Shown one piece after another: positions 37,701-47,773 of a stretch of 64,000 nucleotides of DNA; positions within the stretch are counted from its first letter, which is position 1; the number at the start of each line of letters is the position of its first letter. The position numbers were made by a program, and so were the translations under genes. The stretch is from Candidatus Kerfeldbacteria bacterium (lineage in GTDB: Bacteria > Patescibacteriota > Patescibacteriia > UBA10025 > JAHIVO01), in NCBI GenBank assembly GCA_016214565.1, contig JACROE010000002.1, positions 37,820-101,819 on the forward strand, read 5' to 3'. The notes beneath the pieces are model-generated. The model was not told where the DNA came from. It did not search any database and saw only the letters and a program-made list of their open reading frames with translations.

Positions 37701-40700
37701 ACAAAGGCTACCAGGCATCGATCTGGGGTGGTGACTGCTCAGACAATGGAACCATCACGCTTCAGCCAGGAGACCAAAAAATCTGCACCATCACCAACGA
37801 CGACATTCAGCCAAAATTAACCGTCACCAAAATTGTCACCAATGACAATGGCGGCACGGCTGTCGTGTCTGACTTCCCATTGTACGTCGACCAAACACAA
37901 GTAACCTCAGGCGTACAGAACGGCTTTGACGCGAAATCATACATCGTCTCTGAAACAAGCCTGCCCGGCTATACTGCCACCATCTCGGGTGACTGTGACG
38001 CCCAGGGTAATGTGACCCTGCTCCCGGGAGACGAAAAATCGTGCACCATCACCAATGATGACCAAACGGCTCACCTGACGCTCATCAAATATGTAACCAA
38101 CGACGATGGCGGCTTATCCACTGCCGGCGATTGGCTCTTGAGCTCTTCAGGTCCGACTTCCCTCTCCGACTACGGCACGGCTGACGGTGATGTGAATACG
38201 GGAACTTACGCACTGTCTGAACAGGGCCCGACTGGTTATGATGCCAGCGACTGGATCTGCCGCGGTGGCATTCAGGATGAAGACACGATTACCCTCGCAC
38301 TTGGTGAGTCTGCCACCTGCACCATCACTAATGACGATATCGCCGGAAAAATCTGGGGATACAAATACGACGACAACAATGGCAATGGCCAATACGACCA
38401 GGATGACCAGGCTATCGAAGGCTGGACCATCTTCCTGAAGCAGGCCGGCCAAACCATTGGCACTGTCCAAACCAATAGCAATGGCTACTACGAATTTACC
38501 GACTTATCGGTCGGCAACTACTCAGTCGTGGAAAACATGCTGACCGGCTGGGTACCGGTTTCAGACCAGGGCTATGATTTCTCAGTCGTGCCTGGCTACA
38601 CGCATCAGTTTGACTTCCTCAATTATCAGCTCGGAACAATTTCCGGATACAAATTCGAAGATGTGAATGGCAATGGTAACTGGGATCAGGATGAACCAGC
38701 TATTGCAGATTGGACCATCAATCTGTCTGGATCAGCAACTGACACGCAAAAAACAGACGGTAACGGTTACTACGAATTTACCAATCTCGCGATTGGCAGC
38801 TACACCGTCAGCGAAGAAATGCAGTCCGGCTGGACCAACACTACCCCTGACAGCATTGCCGGTCTCCAAATCCTGAATTCCGGTACCAACCTAACCAGTA
38901 ACACCTTTGGCAACTTCAAGCTCGGTAAAATTGCTGGATACAAATTTGAAGACATGAATGGCAATGGTACTTGGGACCAAGGCGAACCAGCGCTCGATGG
39001 CTGGGAAATCTGCATTGACGAGGAAGAAGAATGCGTCATCACCGGCAGCGGTGAATGGCAAACTGGTTACTACGAATTCACTGGTCTTGAAGCGGGAACC
39101 TATTGTCTCTCAGAAGAAATCCAGGATGGTTGGGTACAAATGGCTGCTCCATCAAAAATCAAGGTTATCTCAGGAACAAATTCAACTGATAACAATTTCG
39201 GTAATACCGAACTCTCAACCATCACTGCCACTAAACTCATTGATGCTGATGGCGATCTCGAATCTGACGAGGATCAAACTGCCAAGGAAGGCTGGACCGT
39301 ACAGCTCTGGAAAGGTGATGCTCAGTTCGGCGATGATCAGACCACTGACGTGAATGGCCAGTACACCTGGAAAAACCTCATGCCCGGCACCTACACGGTC
39401 AAAGAAGTATTTGATACCAATGAATTCACTGCACTCACCAACACCGAATACACGATAGAAATCACCTCAGGTGATGAGGAATCAGTCACCTTCATTAACT
39501 TCGAAAACATCGACGTCACGGTCTGCAAATATGTGGACCTGAATGGCGATGGCGATCTCGAGGGCGATTCACTCTACACCGGTGGATGGGACATGTACTT
39601 GAATGAAGCAAAAGCCACTACTGATGACAAAGGCTGCTACACCTACGCCAATCTCGGTCCTGGATCATACGACTTGAGCGAAGCGTCAGATGAAGGCTGG
39701 ATGCAAACGTATCCGGTTGATCCCGATGAATATGAATTCGACGCCGTCTCAGGCCAGAATGTTCGCTATGACTTCGGCAACTTTGAGCTCGGCAAAATCT
39801 CCGGATATAAATTCGAAGACATTGACCGTAGTGGCACCTGGAACAACGAGGAAGGCGGCTTAGCCGGTTGGACCATCAATCTCTGGGATGAATCAGACGG
39901 TCAGCCCGATGAAATCATTGCCTCAACCATTACTGATGAAAATGGCTACTACGAATTCTCCGACTTGGAAGCAGGCACTTATTTCCTCTCAGAAAATCTG
40001 ACCGACGGCTGGGTACAGACCTATCCTGTCGCGCCCGGCATCCATGGCCCAATTGTCGTGACGTCCGGATATGATAATGGCAATCAAGAAGAATACTTCC
40101 TCTTCGGTAATGCGGAAAAGATTACCTTGCATGTAAATAAGACTACTGACAAACCAGTGGTCGAGGCAACCGAAACCGTGAATTACCGCATCGACTGGTC
40201 AGTTTCTGGCAATTCAATTGCCACCAATGTAACGCTAGTTGATACCATTCCGACCCAACTCAATATCAATCTCGCGAGCATCAGCGATGGTGGTGTCTGG
40301 GACGCAACTGCCCGCACGATCACCTGGAGCTTCGGCGATCAGCAGCCAAATGCCTCCGGCTTCGTTACCTATACGGCAAATATCGTCATCCCGATTGCCA
40401 ATGGCACTCCGATTGTAAACGTGGCTAAACTGTCTGCAGATAATTCAGACCCACTCTTCGATGAAGACGATGCGACGGTAACCGTCACCTCTGCTCCGAA
40501 ATTGACCATTGATAAATCGGTCAATGTCACTACCTTCGTCAATCCAAAAGCAGTCGTGACCTACACCGTAGTAATCGACAACGTCGGCACTGACACAGCC
40601 ATCGCCACTATGCTGGCTGACGCACTACCGGCTGGATTCACCTTCGTCGACACCGGCCTGGGCACCAAGACCTGGAGCCTCGGTGATCTCGCACCTGCAG

Positions 40701-41341
40701 ACGCACCTATTACGATTACCTACCAGGTAAAAGTTGGTGCTGATGTAGAAAAAGGTTTCTACGACAATCTGGCAGTTACCTGGGCGTCCAACCACCCCAG
40801 CATCTCTGACAAGGCAACCGTCGAAGTCCGCGTGCCAACTGTCTTAGCTGAAGAGGCTGACCCGGTCTTGATTATCCAGAAATCAGTCAATAAAGAATTT
40901 ATCAATCCAGGTGACAAGGTCATCTACACGGTGAAAGTCACCAACATCGGTGATGCACAGGCTGAAGCCGTGGCTATCAATGTCCGCATCCAGGATATTC
41001 TTCCATCCGGATTCACCTTCGAGGACGGCAGCCTCACCAAAGTCTTCCAGCTCGGCGACATCATGTACGGCGAATCAAAGACCATCACCTACACCGCCGT
41101 TTCCAGTAAATCAGTTCTTCCGGGTGATTACGAAAACGTCGCCATTGCTTGGGCAGACAATCATGGCAAAATCTCAGACTTTGCAGTCGTAGAAGTGCGC
41201 AAACCGCAAGTACTGGGCGCTGAAGCCCTCCCCACCACTGGTGGCGGCATGCTGGTCTGGCTCTACGGACTGGTCGCGCTTTCCCTTCTGGCTTTTGCTG
41301 GCTGGGTGCTGCGACTGACCTTTGACCGAAATGAGAACTAA
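34760..41341 (+). CDS. Giant sortase-substrate surface adhesin: conserved N-terminal domain, prealbumin-like and roughly 89-aa Ig-like repeats, SdrD-B-like Ca-binding repeats, DUF11-like repeats, and an LPXTG anchor
   Basis: The ORF opens at 34661, but the likely start is MNTYMSPKARR followed by a signal/TM segment (FTALVMVLNV). Repeated GYKFEDxNGNGxWDQDEPA..GWTI modules. C-terminus EALPTTGGG, a hydrophobic helix, then RLTFDRNEN. Confidence 0.8.
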   Translation: MNTYMSPKARRIASKALHLFTALVMVLNVTTAGFLVNPQVANAASPSANLDQCANDPAPSPSTNGCSTSATEWVNGNLGASKSVYYEGDSIPYRMVFGDLSLGSHTVTIEWDTTKSGKHAIDYLTTYNRSVTTADPTLGIAGLGAPTTFAIPADPQVTGAGVTPITGNFTLYGGTITAASAYSYSNGAGFAGDKSASITLTFTASVANPVLAWGGHISHRGDWGTENSAVAIPGSPYHTRLINLDGSGGNQDRSLSADAVIYPASITVVKDANPNGSQSFNYTTTGGLSPANFSLVDDGTTANTRAYTGITNFTTYTVTESALAGWTLAGITCVVTSPNGGSQTVNKPSVSISLKEGENVTCTYTNNGSASLNIKKYVRKVSADANVASNWYNWDVAGQILTVLPGETVEYKVITWNSGTAPGTATVVDATSNSTIYNPTYTGGTLFSSVSIPNQNGAAMPSVTTAAGDGAYWKIVTYQKQVDATTATSGTTSSINTVTLNGTQTSKAKIQVTYACDLRITKSVDSVDTQTNSIIYKLDYQNIGTADCTGGGVRIDDAIPTNTSYANWHAEHSADTNEVKFGYEYAKFGTTNTTGYNGSLLSWNARVLNPQETGWVKFKVNVRTLQECEELDILNKGKIYSNEIPDGIWSNEVSTHFAAPCTTTIKVIKHVINDNGGTKTASNFTLHITGTAGDYTFNGSEAGQTFNVVPGTFTVSEDILSGYAMTMSGDCSGSIALGQDKVCTVTNDDIAPKLKLVKTVINNNGGTLQVADFPLFVNGNSVTSGQWNTLTAGVKYTATETNQFGYQASVWGTDCAANGTITLQPGEEKVCTITNDDIQPKLIVTKHVINNNGGTAVAADFTLNVTGISATPSSFTGNEAGTEVALNAGAYNVDENAFTGYAKTLGTDCSGTISVGETKYCTVTNDDIAPKLKLVKTVINNNGGTKQVSDFPLFVNGNSVTSGQWNTLTAGVEYIATETSDKGYQASIWGGDCSDNGTITLQPGDQKICTITNDDIQPKLTVTKIVTNDNGGTAVVSDFPLYVDQTQVTSGVQNGFDAKSYIVSETSLPGYTATISGDCDAQGNVTLLPGDEKSCTITNDDQTAHLTLIKYVTNDDGGLSTAGDWLLSSSGPTSLSDYGTADGDVNTGTYALSEQGPTGYDASDWICRGGIQDEDTITLALGESATCTITNDDIAGKIWGYKYDDNNGNGQYDQDDQAIEGWTIFLKQAGQTIGTVQTNSNGYYEFTDLSVGNYSVVENMLTGWVPVSDQGYDFSVVPGYTHQFDFLNYQLGTISGYKFEDVNGNGNWDQDEPAIADWTINLSGSATDTQKTDGNGYYEFTNLAIGSYTVSEEMQSGWTNTTPDSIAGLQILNSGTNLTSNTFGNFKLGKIAGYKFEDMNGNGTWDQGEPALDGWEICIDEEEECVITGSGEWQTGYYEFTGLEAGTYCLSEEIQDGWVQMAAPSKIKVISGTNSTDNNFGNTELSTITATKLIDADGDLESDEDQTAKEGWTVQLWKGDAQFGDDQTTDVNGQYTWKNLMPGTYTVKEVFDTNEFTALTNTEYTIEITSGDEESVTFINFENIDVTVCKYVDLNGDGDLEGDSLYTGGWDMYLNEAKATTDDKGCYTYANLGPGSYDLSEASDEGWMQTYPVDPDEYEFDAVSGQNVRYDFGNFELGKISGYKFEDIDRSGTWNNEEGGLAGWTINLWDESDGQPDEIIASTITDENGYYEFSDLEAGTYFLSENLTDGWVQTYPVAPGIHGPIVVTSGYDNGNQEEYFLFGNAEKITLHVNKTTDKPVVEATETVNYRIDWSVSGNSIATNVTLVDTIPTQLNINLASISDGGVWDATARTITWSFGDQQPNASGFVTYTANIVIPIANGTPIVNVAKLSADNSDPLFDEDDATVTVTSAPKLTIDKSVNVTTFVNPKAVVTYTVVIDNVGTDTAIATMLADALPAGFTFVDTGLGTKTWSLGDLAPADAPITITYQVKVGADVEKGFYDNLAVTWASNHPSISDKATVEVRVPTVLAEEADPVLIIQKSVNKEFINPGDKVIYTVKVTNIGDAQAEAVAINVRIQDILPSGFTFEDGSLTKVFQLGDIMYGESKTITYTAVSSKSVLPGDYENVAIAWADNHGKISDFAVVEVRKPQVLGAEALPTTGGGMLVWLYGLVALSLLAFAGWVLRLTFDRNEN
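36744..38340 (+). repeat. Array of six roughly 267-nt (89-aa) intragenic tandem repeats, including two near-identical 534-nt units
   Basis: Units starting at 37003 and 37538 are nearly identical at the DNA level (gacattgctccaaaactgaagct... against gacattgctccgaaactcaagct...). Recurrent protein motif K.V.NDNGGT...DFPLFVNGNSVTSGQWNTLTAG. Confidence 0.7.
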
Positions 41342-41362
41342 CGCCATTTGATAGGCAAACCA

Positions 41363-41398
41363 CGAAACGGATTCCATCATATCAGTAGGAATCCGTTT
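41363..41398 (+). terminator. Perfect 12-bp stem-loop directly after the giant gene 1 stop, a candidate terminator with no U-tract
   Basis: gaaacggattcc, a 12-nt loop, ggaatccgtttc. Confidence 0.35.
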
Positions 41399-41608
41399 CT
41401 GGTGTGTCTGGCAAAAAAGGTGATAAAATATTTGACGAAACAAGGTATTATTGGTACAGTAGACTACCAATAATGATTGCTGATAAGATTGTATTGGTTT
41501 AAATACCAGTTCCGGCGTATAATGACCCATGGCATTAATAACAACCCACAGTACCGGTAGATAGATTAAAAAAAATAAACTAACCTTAGCCAATAATTAA
41601 GTGACTAT

Positions 41609-44600
41609 ATGTTAAAGAAATTATCACGATACGCAGAGCGCGGTCTGCACATTTTTGTGTTACTGACCATGCTCACCTACACCGCAGGTTTTGGCCTGTT
41701 TTTTAATGCGCCGATGGCGCGTGCTGCTCAAGCCGCAGCTAATCTTGACCAATGCCGAAACGGTTCAGCGGCATCCCATCAGAATTGCATTGATTCTACA
41801 TGGGTGAACGGAAATGCGGGTGAAGCAAATTCACATTACGTCGAGGGGGAATCTATTCCTTATCGTGCTGTATTGACAGGTCTTCCAACCGCAACCCCAA
41901 TTACCATCACCTTCGGCTACGATATTAAACACTCTGACAGACATGCGATCGACTACCTAACTCAGTACGACAGAACCGACGTGAGCGTTAACCCAATAAA
42001 TGACATTCCTGCAGCAAGTGGCCTGCCAAACACTTTTGCAATTCCTGCTCCCAGCTCCGTCGGGTCACCAGTTGCAGGACAACCAACAAATAGCTTCAAT
42101 AATCTTCCTGCGGCTGAACGCGTGATGTCAATCTGGAATGGAACGATCTCTTCTATGAACTATGTAACCGAGGGTGTCCTCACTGCATCAAACTCAGAAA
42201 CACGAATAGCCATAACTTTTACCGCCACCAATTCTACAGTCGTGCTTTCCTGGGGCGGCCACATCGGAAGTAGACTAGATTGGGGTTATGATGTATCAAA
42301 TGTTCCGCTTTCAGCGGGAGGTATTTCCGGCTCTCCATACCACATGCGTCTCATTGGCTGGTCACTGAGTAATCTTGGTAACCAAGATCGTTCACTCTCT
42401 GCGGGTGCAGTTGCTCCCCCAGCGAACATCATCATTGAGAAACAAACATTACCAGATGGAAGCACAGAACAATTTGCATTTACTGGAGACATTGCGGGGA
42501 CCATTTCCGATAATGGGCAATTGACCGCGAGCCTCCCGGCAGGAACATACTCAGTAACAGAAAGTGTAAAAACAAACTGGTCCCTCACCAGCTTGGTCTG
42601 CGATGATACTGACAGCGTGGAAAACGTTGGGACTCGTACCGCCACGATTAATGTAAGCTCCGGCGAATCTCTGAAGTGTACCTTTACCAATACTCGGGAT
42701 ACCGGCGACCTCAAAGTGGTCAAGCTGAATCAAAACCAACAGCCGATGGCCGGTGTTGATTTTACTATTGCTGGTGAGCCATACAGTACCGATGCAAATG
42801 GAGAAATTTTAATTACTGACCTCGAAACTGGTGACTATTCTGCGGAAGAAATTGTACCAAATAATTACACCCTTACCTCAGTATCGGGCACCAACTGTAC
42901 CAACGCAAACCCCTCAACAGCAACAGTCGTGAAAGATCAAACTACGACCTGTACCTTTACCAACACGCGCGATACCGGAACAATCAAAGTCAATAAGGAA
43001 GTAGACACCAATGGCGACGGAACATTTGATGGTGGCAATACTGAAGCTGCCTCACTTGGCTTTGTCTGGGGTATCGATGCCGAATCCCCTGCCCGCGCCA
43101 TGGGCAGCTCTGAAACAGTAGTCACCGGGAACTATGACATTAATGAAAACAGTGTTACCAATTATCACTTGAGTGGCTGGTACACCAATGGGTCAGATTA
43201 TTCTTGCGAAAACCCAGAAAGCACCACGCTCCCCGCAAACATTGATATAACAAAAGACAGCACTACGGAAATTACCCTTTGTAACACACGAGACACTGGT
43301 ATCATCACATTCGAAAAAATCGTCAATGGCGATGCCCTCGTAAGCAGGTGGATTTTTACGATTGATGGTGTTCTGGGCAGCTGGATGAGTGGCGATTCAG
43401 TCACTTTACCGACTGGCAGCTATACGGTATTTGAATCAGGCCCCGATGGCTATACAAATACTGATGTCTCCGGCGTTTGCTCACCGTCGACTCCAGGTCA
43501 AGGATTACTCACCGTTGATACCAATGGTGGCACTTGTACCTTCACCAATACCCGCGACACCGGAACAATCACTGGGCTGAAATTCAACGACTTAAACGGG
43601 AACGGCTCACTCGATGCTGGCGAGCCGGGTGTCCCGGGCGTAACAATCAACCTAAGCGACGGCCAGACTACGACTACAGATGCTAATGGCCAATTTTCAT
43701 TCAATGATGTGCCAACCGGCAACTATGACGTTGATGAAATTGTCCCGACTGGTTGGATGAACACTACTCAAACAAGTGTCAACCTAGACGTCACAAAAGA
43801 TGAACAGGCATATGCAGAATTTGGCAATTTCAAAAAAGTGAATATTACGGTCTGCAAAGCGCTCGACGCTGATGGTGACGATCAGACAACTGATGATCAA
43901 ACCTTAAAAGACGGATGGTCAATCTATCTAGCTAAAGACGGTAAAGCTGTAGATCAAGGACAGGTCACTGGCCAAGACGGCTGCTACACCTGGGCAGATA
44001 TGGGGCCAGGAAGCTACGAAGCCGCAGAAGCCACGCCGGATAACTGGATTCCACTCTATGACGACGGTACCCATAATTTCGGTACTGTTACGTCAGGCGA
44101 AACCTACACTCACACCTTCGTCAACACCAGGGAACGAGGCGAGGTTACCATCAACAAAGAAATCAGAAACCCTCAAAATGGATCAGCTGTTCCCTCAGAC
44201 TGGACATTCACGCTCCATCCAACCCAAGGCGGAGATGACATTACCGGAATCAATCATAATACCCCGATAAATATCCCCACTGGCTTTTACACTGTTTCTG
44301 AAAGCGGTCCGTCGCAGTATTCATTCCTCTACGCCTATGGTGACTGTAATGAAGACGGTGACATCTACCTTGAAATAACCAGCGAGGGAGCAACCTGCAC
44401 ATTTGTAAATGAAACCTACGCTGTTCATGGCCAGAAATGGAATGACGCAAATGGAAATGGCATCTGGGATCAAGATGAAACCGCGCTCAACGGGTGGAAT
44501 ATCTCCATCTACCAAAATGATGAGTTGATTGACTCAATACTGACGCAAACTCACAATTATGTGGACGGCTGGTATTGGTTTAACGACTTAGCTGCCGGGT

Positions 44601-45700
44601 CTTATGAAATCTGCGAAACACCCCAAGCTGGCTGGGTTCAGACATACCCTACGGCAAATAACGGATGTCACACGATTTCGGTTCCAATAGAAATTACCTA
44701 CGAGCAACAAATTCCTCAAATTGACAACTCTACCTGCTCACTAAATTTCTCTCGAGAACTTAGAATAACGGCAGTTGAAAACAGTATTGTTTCAGAGGCT
44801 CTCTGCAATTTTGGCAATACGCCTGAAGTAGTCGTCCTCGGCATTGCCAAGATCAATGACCAGGAAGTAGCGCAGGGCGGCAATGGTCTCCTGGAAACCA
44901 CCGAGACCATCACCTACCGCGTTGACTGGAACGTCGATGGCAATTCAAATGCAACCGATGTGGTGCTGACTGACATAATTCCTGCGGAACTGAATCTGAA
45001 TGTAGCTTCCATCTCGGATAGCGGCGTGTGGAACGCAGCCACCCGAACGATCACCTGGAACTTTGGTACTCAGGCTCCTGGAGCCAGTGGATTCGTCACT
45101 TATGAAGCAACGCTGAAAGTACCTGCCTCAGACGGCGATATCATCATCAACGTGGCTCGACTCTCGGCATCTAATACCGATCCGACTTTCGTCGAGGCCG
45201 ACTCTCCTGTCGAAGTGAACGTACCGGTTGTGCTCGGCGAAGAGGCATTACCCGCACTGACAATCGAAAAAACAGTCAATAAAGCCTTTGCCAATCCCGG
45301 CGACACTGTGACCTATACCATTGTCGTGACTAACACCGGTGATGCCGTAGCTGAAGGCGTAACCGTGATCGACACGCTCCCGGATGGCCTGCACTACACA
45401 GACACGATGGCCATGGACCACTCCTGGTTCCTCGGTGATATCCTCGACGGTGAGAGCAAAACCATCACCTATCAGGTAACGGTTAATGCCAATGCCATTG
45501 CTGGCAACTACATCAATACCGCCGTGGCCTGGGCCGCAGGAGTCAACAACGTGACCGACACAGCCACCCTGGAAGTCCGCAAACCTGCGGTACTGGGAGC
45601 TGAAGACCTGCCTGTGACTGGCGCTGGATTCTTAACCCTCGCCTTCTCTGCCCTGGCTGGATTCGGTGCGGTCGTCCTGTCCAAGCGCAAACGGAAGTAA
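41609..45700 (+). CDS. Second giant sortase-substrate surface adhesin, paralog of the upstream gene
   Basis: 1363 aa. The N-terminal domain is paralogous (ANLDQC...WVNGN...GESIPYR...AIDYLTQYDR...GSPYHMRL...GNQDRSLSA). It carries prealbumin-like, SdrD-B-like (NGNG.WDQDE) and DUF11-like repeats, and ends DLPVTGAG, a TM segment, then KRKRK. Confidence 0.8.
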   Translation: MLKKLSRYAERGLHIFVLLTMLTYTAGFGLFFNAPMARAAQAAANLDQCRNGSAASHQNCIDSTWVNGNAGEANSHYVEGESIPYRAVLTGLPTATPITITFGYDIKHSDRHAIDYLTQYDRTDVSVNPINDIPAASGLPNTFAIPAPSSVGSPVAGQPTNSFNNLPAAERVMSIWNGTISSMNYVTEGVLTASNSETRIAITFTATNSTVVLSWGGHIGSRLDWGYDVSNVPLSAGGISGSPYHMRLIGWSLSNLGNQDRSLSAGAVAPPANIIIEKQTLPDGSTEQFAFTGDIAGTISDNGQLTASLPAGTYSVTESVKTNWSLTSLVCDDTDSVENVGTRTATINVSSGESLKCTFTNTRDTGDLKVVKLNQNQQPMAGVDFTIAGEPYSTDANGEILITDLETGDYSAEEIVPNNYTLTSVSGTNCTNANPSTATVVKDQTTTCTFTNTRDTGTIKVNKEVDTNGDGTFDGGNTEAASLGFVWGIDAESPARAMGSSETVVTGNYDINENSVTNYHLSGWYTNGSDYSCENPESTTLPANIDITKDSTTEITLCNTRDTGIITFEKIVNGDALVSRWIFTIDGVLGSWMSGDSVTLPTGSYTVFESGPDGYTNTDVSGVCSPSTPGQGLLTVDTNGGTCTFTNTRDTGTITGLKFNDLNGNGSLDAGEPGVPGVTINLSDGQTTTTDANGQFSFNDVPTGNYDVDEIVPTGWMNTTQTSVNLDVTKDEQAYAEFGNFKKVNITVCKALDADGDDQTTDDQTLKDGWSIYLAKDGKAVDQGQVTGQDGCYTWADMGPGSYEAAEATPDNWIPLYDDGTHNFGTVTSGETYTHTFVNTRERGEVTINKEIRNPQNGSAVPSDWTFTLHPTQGGDDITGINHNTPINIPTGFYTVSESGPSQYSFLYAYGDCNEDGDIYLEITSEGATCTFVNETYAVHGQKWNDANGNGIWDQDETALNGWNISIYQNDELIDSILTQTHNYVDGWYWFNDLAAGSYEICETPQAGWVQTYPTANNGCHTISVPIEITYEQQIPQIDNSTCSLNFSRELRITAVENSIVSEALCNFGNTPEVVVLGIAKINDQEVAQGGNGLLETTETITYRVDWNVDGNSNATDVVLTDIIPAELNLNVASISDSGVWNAATRTITWNFGTQAPGASGFVTYEATLKVPASDGDIIINVARLSASNTDPTFVEADSPVEVNVPVVLGEEALPALTIEKTVNKAFANPGDTVTYTIVVTNTGDAVAEGVTVIDTLPDGLHYTDTMAMDHSWFLGDILDGESKTITYQVTVNANAIAGNYINTAVAWAAGVNNVTDTATLEVRKPAVLGAEDLPVTGAGFLTLAFSALAGFGAVVLSKRKRK

Positions 45701-45722
45701 TCTCGCTTCTCTAGAACTTCAA

Positions 45723-45757
45723 CCCCCACACCGTAGGACGGTGTGGGGGTTTTTGGT
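45723..45757 (+). terminator. Canonical rho-independent terminator of giant gene 2
   Basis: cccccacaccgt agg acggtgtggggg followed by TTTTTGG. Confidence 0.7.
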
Positions 45758-45870
45758 ATATATTTTCCCTTTATTTTTTGAATGTGGGGTCTGGGGGCGA
45801 CTCTAAGCCATTCCTACCCAGTACAACAATTCAAAATGGCGAGCGCATAGGAGCCCCCGGCGCTTCTTTT

Positions 45871-45902
45871 CTGTCACTTTTCTTGGCGTCAAGAAAAGTG
45901 AC
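45871..45902. promoter_or_regulatory. Perfect 14-bp inverted repeat with a 4-nt spacer, a candidate operator upstream of the CAP-PT gene promoter
   Basis: tgtcacttttcttg gcgt caagaaaagtgaca. Confidence 0.35.
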
Positions 45903-46021
45903 AAAGTATCGTAAAGAGATCCTGCCCACCCCACTTCGCGGAGCGAGGCCGGGAAAACGAGTTCAGGATGGCTTCGCCAGATTGTCACGTCGATCCGCTC
46001 CTCGCCATGACGGAGATAAGG

Positions 46022-46050
46022 CTTGACAAACCCTAAGCGACATGCTATTA
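46022..46050 (+). promoter_or_regulatory. Sigma70-type promoter of the CAP-PT gene
   Basis: TTGACA, 17-nt spacer, TATTAT. Confidence 0.5.
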
Positions 46051-46094
46051 TCATCTGTTAAAACATCATTAAATACGCTATAATTTTTATTGCA

Positions 46095-47627
46095 ATGCCG
46101 CAACCAACCGCGCAAAAGAAGAAATTCCACCACCACGTGATTCACCACACGCGGCATTTTTTGATTCCTCACCATGGCAATGACCACAAGCCGCACGCGC
46201 TGCGCCCACCGGCATTGCGCCTGTATGCTATTACGGTTATCGCGGTAAAACTCTTTGTCACCGGTTTTCTCTTTTTGACGAACCCCTCTGCCGGCTACTT
46301 TGCTGAGATTACCTCATCTCAGTTACTTACTTTAGCAAATCAGTCGCGGGCCGAAGCTGGCGTCGGACCATTAGTCATCAGCAACAAACTGAATTATGCC
46401 GCTTCGCTCAAAGCGCAGCACATGATGGAGAATGATTATTTTGCCCATACCGCTCCAGATGGCACCAAGCCCTGGTATTTCATTAAGCAGGCTGGCTACA
46501 GTTATACTGCAGCTGGTGAAAACCTGGCCATGGACTTCACTGAAGCAGAAACCGTCCACCAGGCATTTATGGATAGCGCCAGCCACCGAAAAAATATTCT
46601 CAATGATAAATACACGGAGATGGGAATTGCGGTGATGGAAGGCACCCTGCAAGGTAGTCAAACAACACTGTTGGTTGTTTTCTTTGGCGACCCATATGTG
46701 GCCACTCCAACACCAACCCCTACTCCAGAGCCAACGCCGACACCTACTCCAGAGCCAACGCCGACACCTACTCCAACCCCAACACCTACTCCAGAGCCAG
46801 CTCCAACACCGACTCCTACTCCCCAGCCAGTCCAAATCACAACCCCGCAGCCTAACTGGTACCGCGCTGAACTCTCTGACCAAAGTGCCGAGGAGCTTGG
46901 CATCAAACCGCTGGAAAAAATTACGTTCTGGGTAGAATTTAAGAATACCGGCAGCGCTGCCTGGGTGCGCACCGGCGATTACTTCGTCGCATTGAATGTG
47001 ACAAATCCCGCTGGACGAGAAAGCGAATTCTATGATGAATCATGGAAAGAGTTATATCGACCCGCCGTCCTTTCACAGGATCGAGTAAATCCAGGCGAAG
47101 TTGGAAGATTTGAATTCACTCTGAAGGCACCCGAAGAAGCCGGTACCTACGAGGAGGACTTTGGTCTGGTGGCGGAAAATGTTACCTTCATTGATGGTGG
47201 ATCAATCGAACTGCCAATCGTAGTCGTAGCGCCGCCGGAAAAAACAACTGAACTCGAGGTTGAAGTTGTGCCAACCCCCACCACCCCGGCGACAACCGAG
47301 CCTGACAAGCCAACCCCCACCACCCCAGGCGTCACTGAACAACCCTTAGCGGCTGATCAGCATTCTGACGCAGTGGTCAAAGCTCAAACTGTCGAAGTGC
47401 AAAACCCATCTATCATGCAGAATATACTGCAATACTCGCACCGGCTGTACCAAATATTCCTTGCCTTTATCGTCATCGCTTTACTCCTCAATATCGTCAT
47501 TGAGATTCGAGTGCAGCACCCGCATGTCATCGTTCAAACAATTCTCGTTATTATTATCGTGGTGACGGCAGTCGTGCTCAATACTCATTTCCTGGAGGGA
47601 ATTCCCGGCCAAATCAGAATTATTTAA
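46095..47627 (+). CDS. CAP-domain protein with a Pro/Thr-rich linker, an uncharacterised beta-rich domain and a C-terminal hydrophobic anchor
   Basis: 510 aa. CAP motifs [35 protein letters not shown]. (TPTPEP)n linker encoded by 27-nt tandem repeats at about 46714-46835. C-terminal TM helices. Confidence 0.7.
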   Translation: MPQPTAQKKKFHHHVIHHTRHFLIPHHGNDHKPHALRPPALRLYAITVIAVKLFVTGFLFLTNPSAGYFAEITSSQLLTLANQSRAEAGVGPLVISNKLNYAASLKAQHMMENDYFAHTAPDGTKPWYFIKQAGYSYTAAGENLAMDFTEAETVHQAFMDSASHRKNILNDKYTEMGIAVMEGTLQGSQTTLLVVFFGDPYVATPTPTPTPEPTPTPTPEPTPTPTPTPTPTPEPAPTPTPTPQPVQITTPQPNWYRAELSDQSAEELGIKPLEKITFWVEFKNTGSAAWVRTGDYFVALNVTNPAGRESEFYDESWKELYRPAVLSQDRVNPGEVGRFEFTLKAPEEAGTYEEDFGLVAENVTFIDGGSIELPIVVVAPPEKTTELEVEVVPTPTTPATTEPDKPTPTTPGVTEQPLAADQHSDAVVKAQTVEVQNPSIMQNILQYSHRLYQIFLAFIVIALLLNIVIEIRVQHPHVIVQTILVIIIVVTAVVLNTHFLEGIPGQIRII

Positions 47628-47658
47628 ACCTTGCTACTGCCTGCATAGGCATCAGAAC

Positions 47659-47687
47659 CCCGCTTTCGGCGGGGTTTTTGTTTTCTG
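47659..47687 (+). terminator. Rho-independent terminator of the CAP-PT gene
   Basis: ccccgc tttcg gcgggg followed by TTTTTGTTTT. Confidence 0.65.
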
Positions 47688-47773
47688 AGATATTAGCTGC
47701 GCCTGGCGCTTGACCGGTACTGAAAAATCTAATAAGATAAGGTAATTATCTAATTACTCATTGAAGACATGTT

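Noticed and set aside
41174-41593. A 139-aa minus-strand ORF spanning the intergenic region between the two giant genes.
   Set aside because: Low-complexity translation. It overlaps the 3' end of giant gene 1 and the promoter region of giant gene 2, and has no ribosome-binding site or recognisable motif. Likely spurious.
45778-46054. Two overlapping 82-83-aa ORFs on opposite strands in the giant gene 2 to CAP-PT intergenic region.
   Set aside because: The region is better explained by a terminator, a 14-bp palindrome and a promoter. The ORFs have no start context and no motif.
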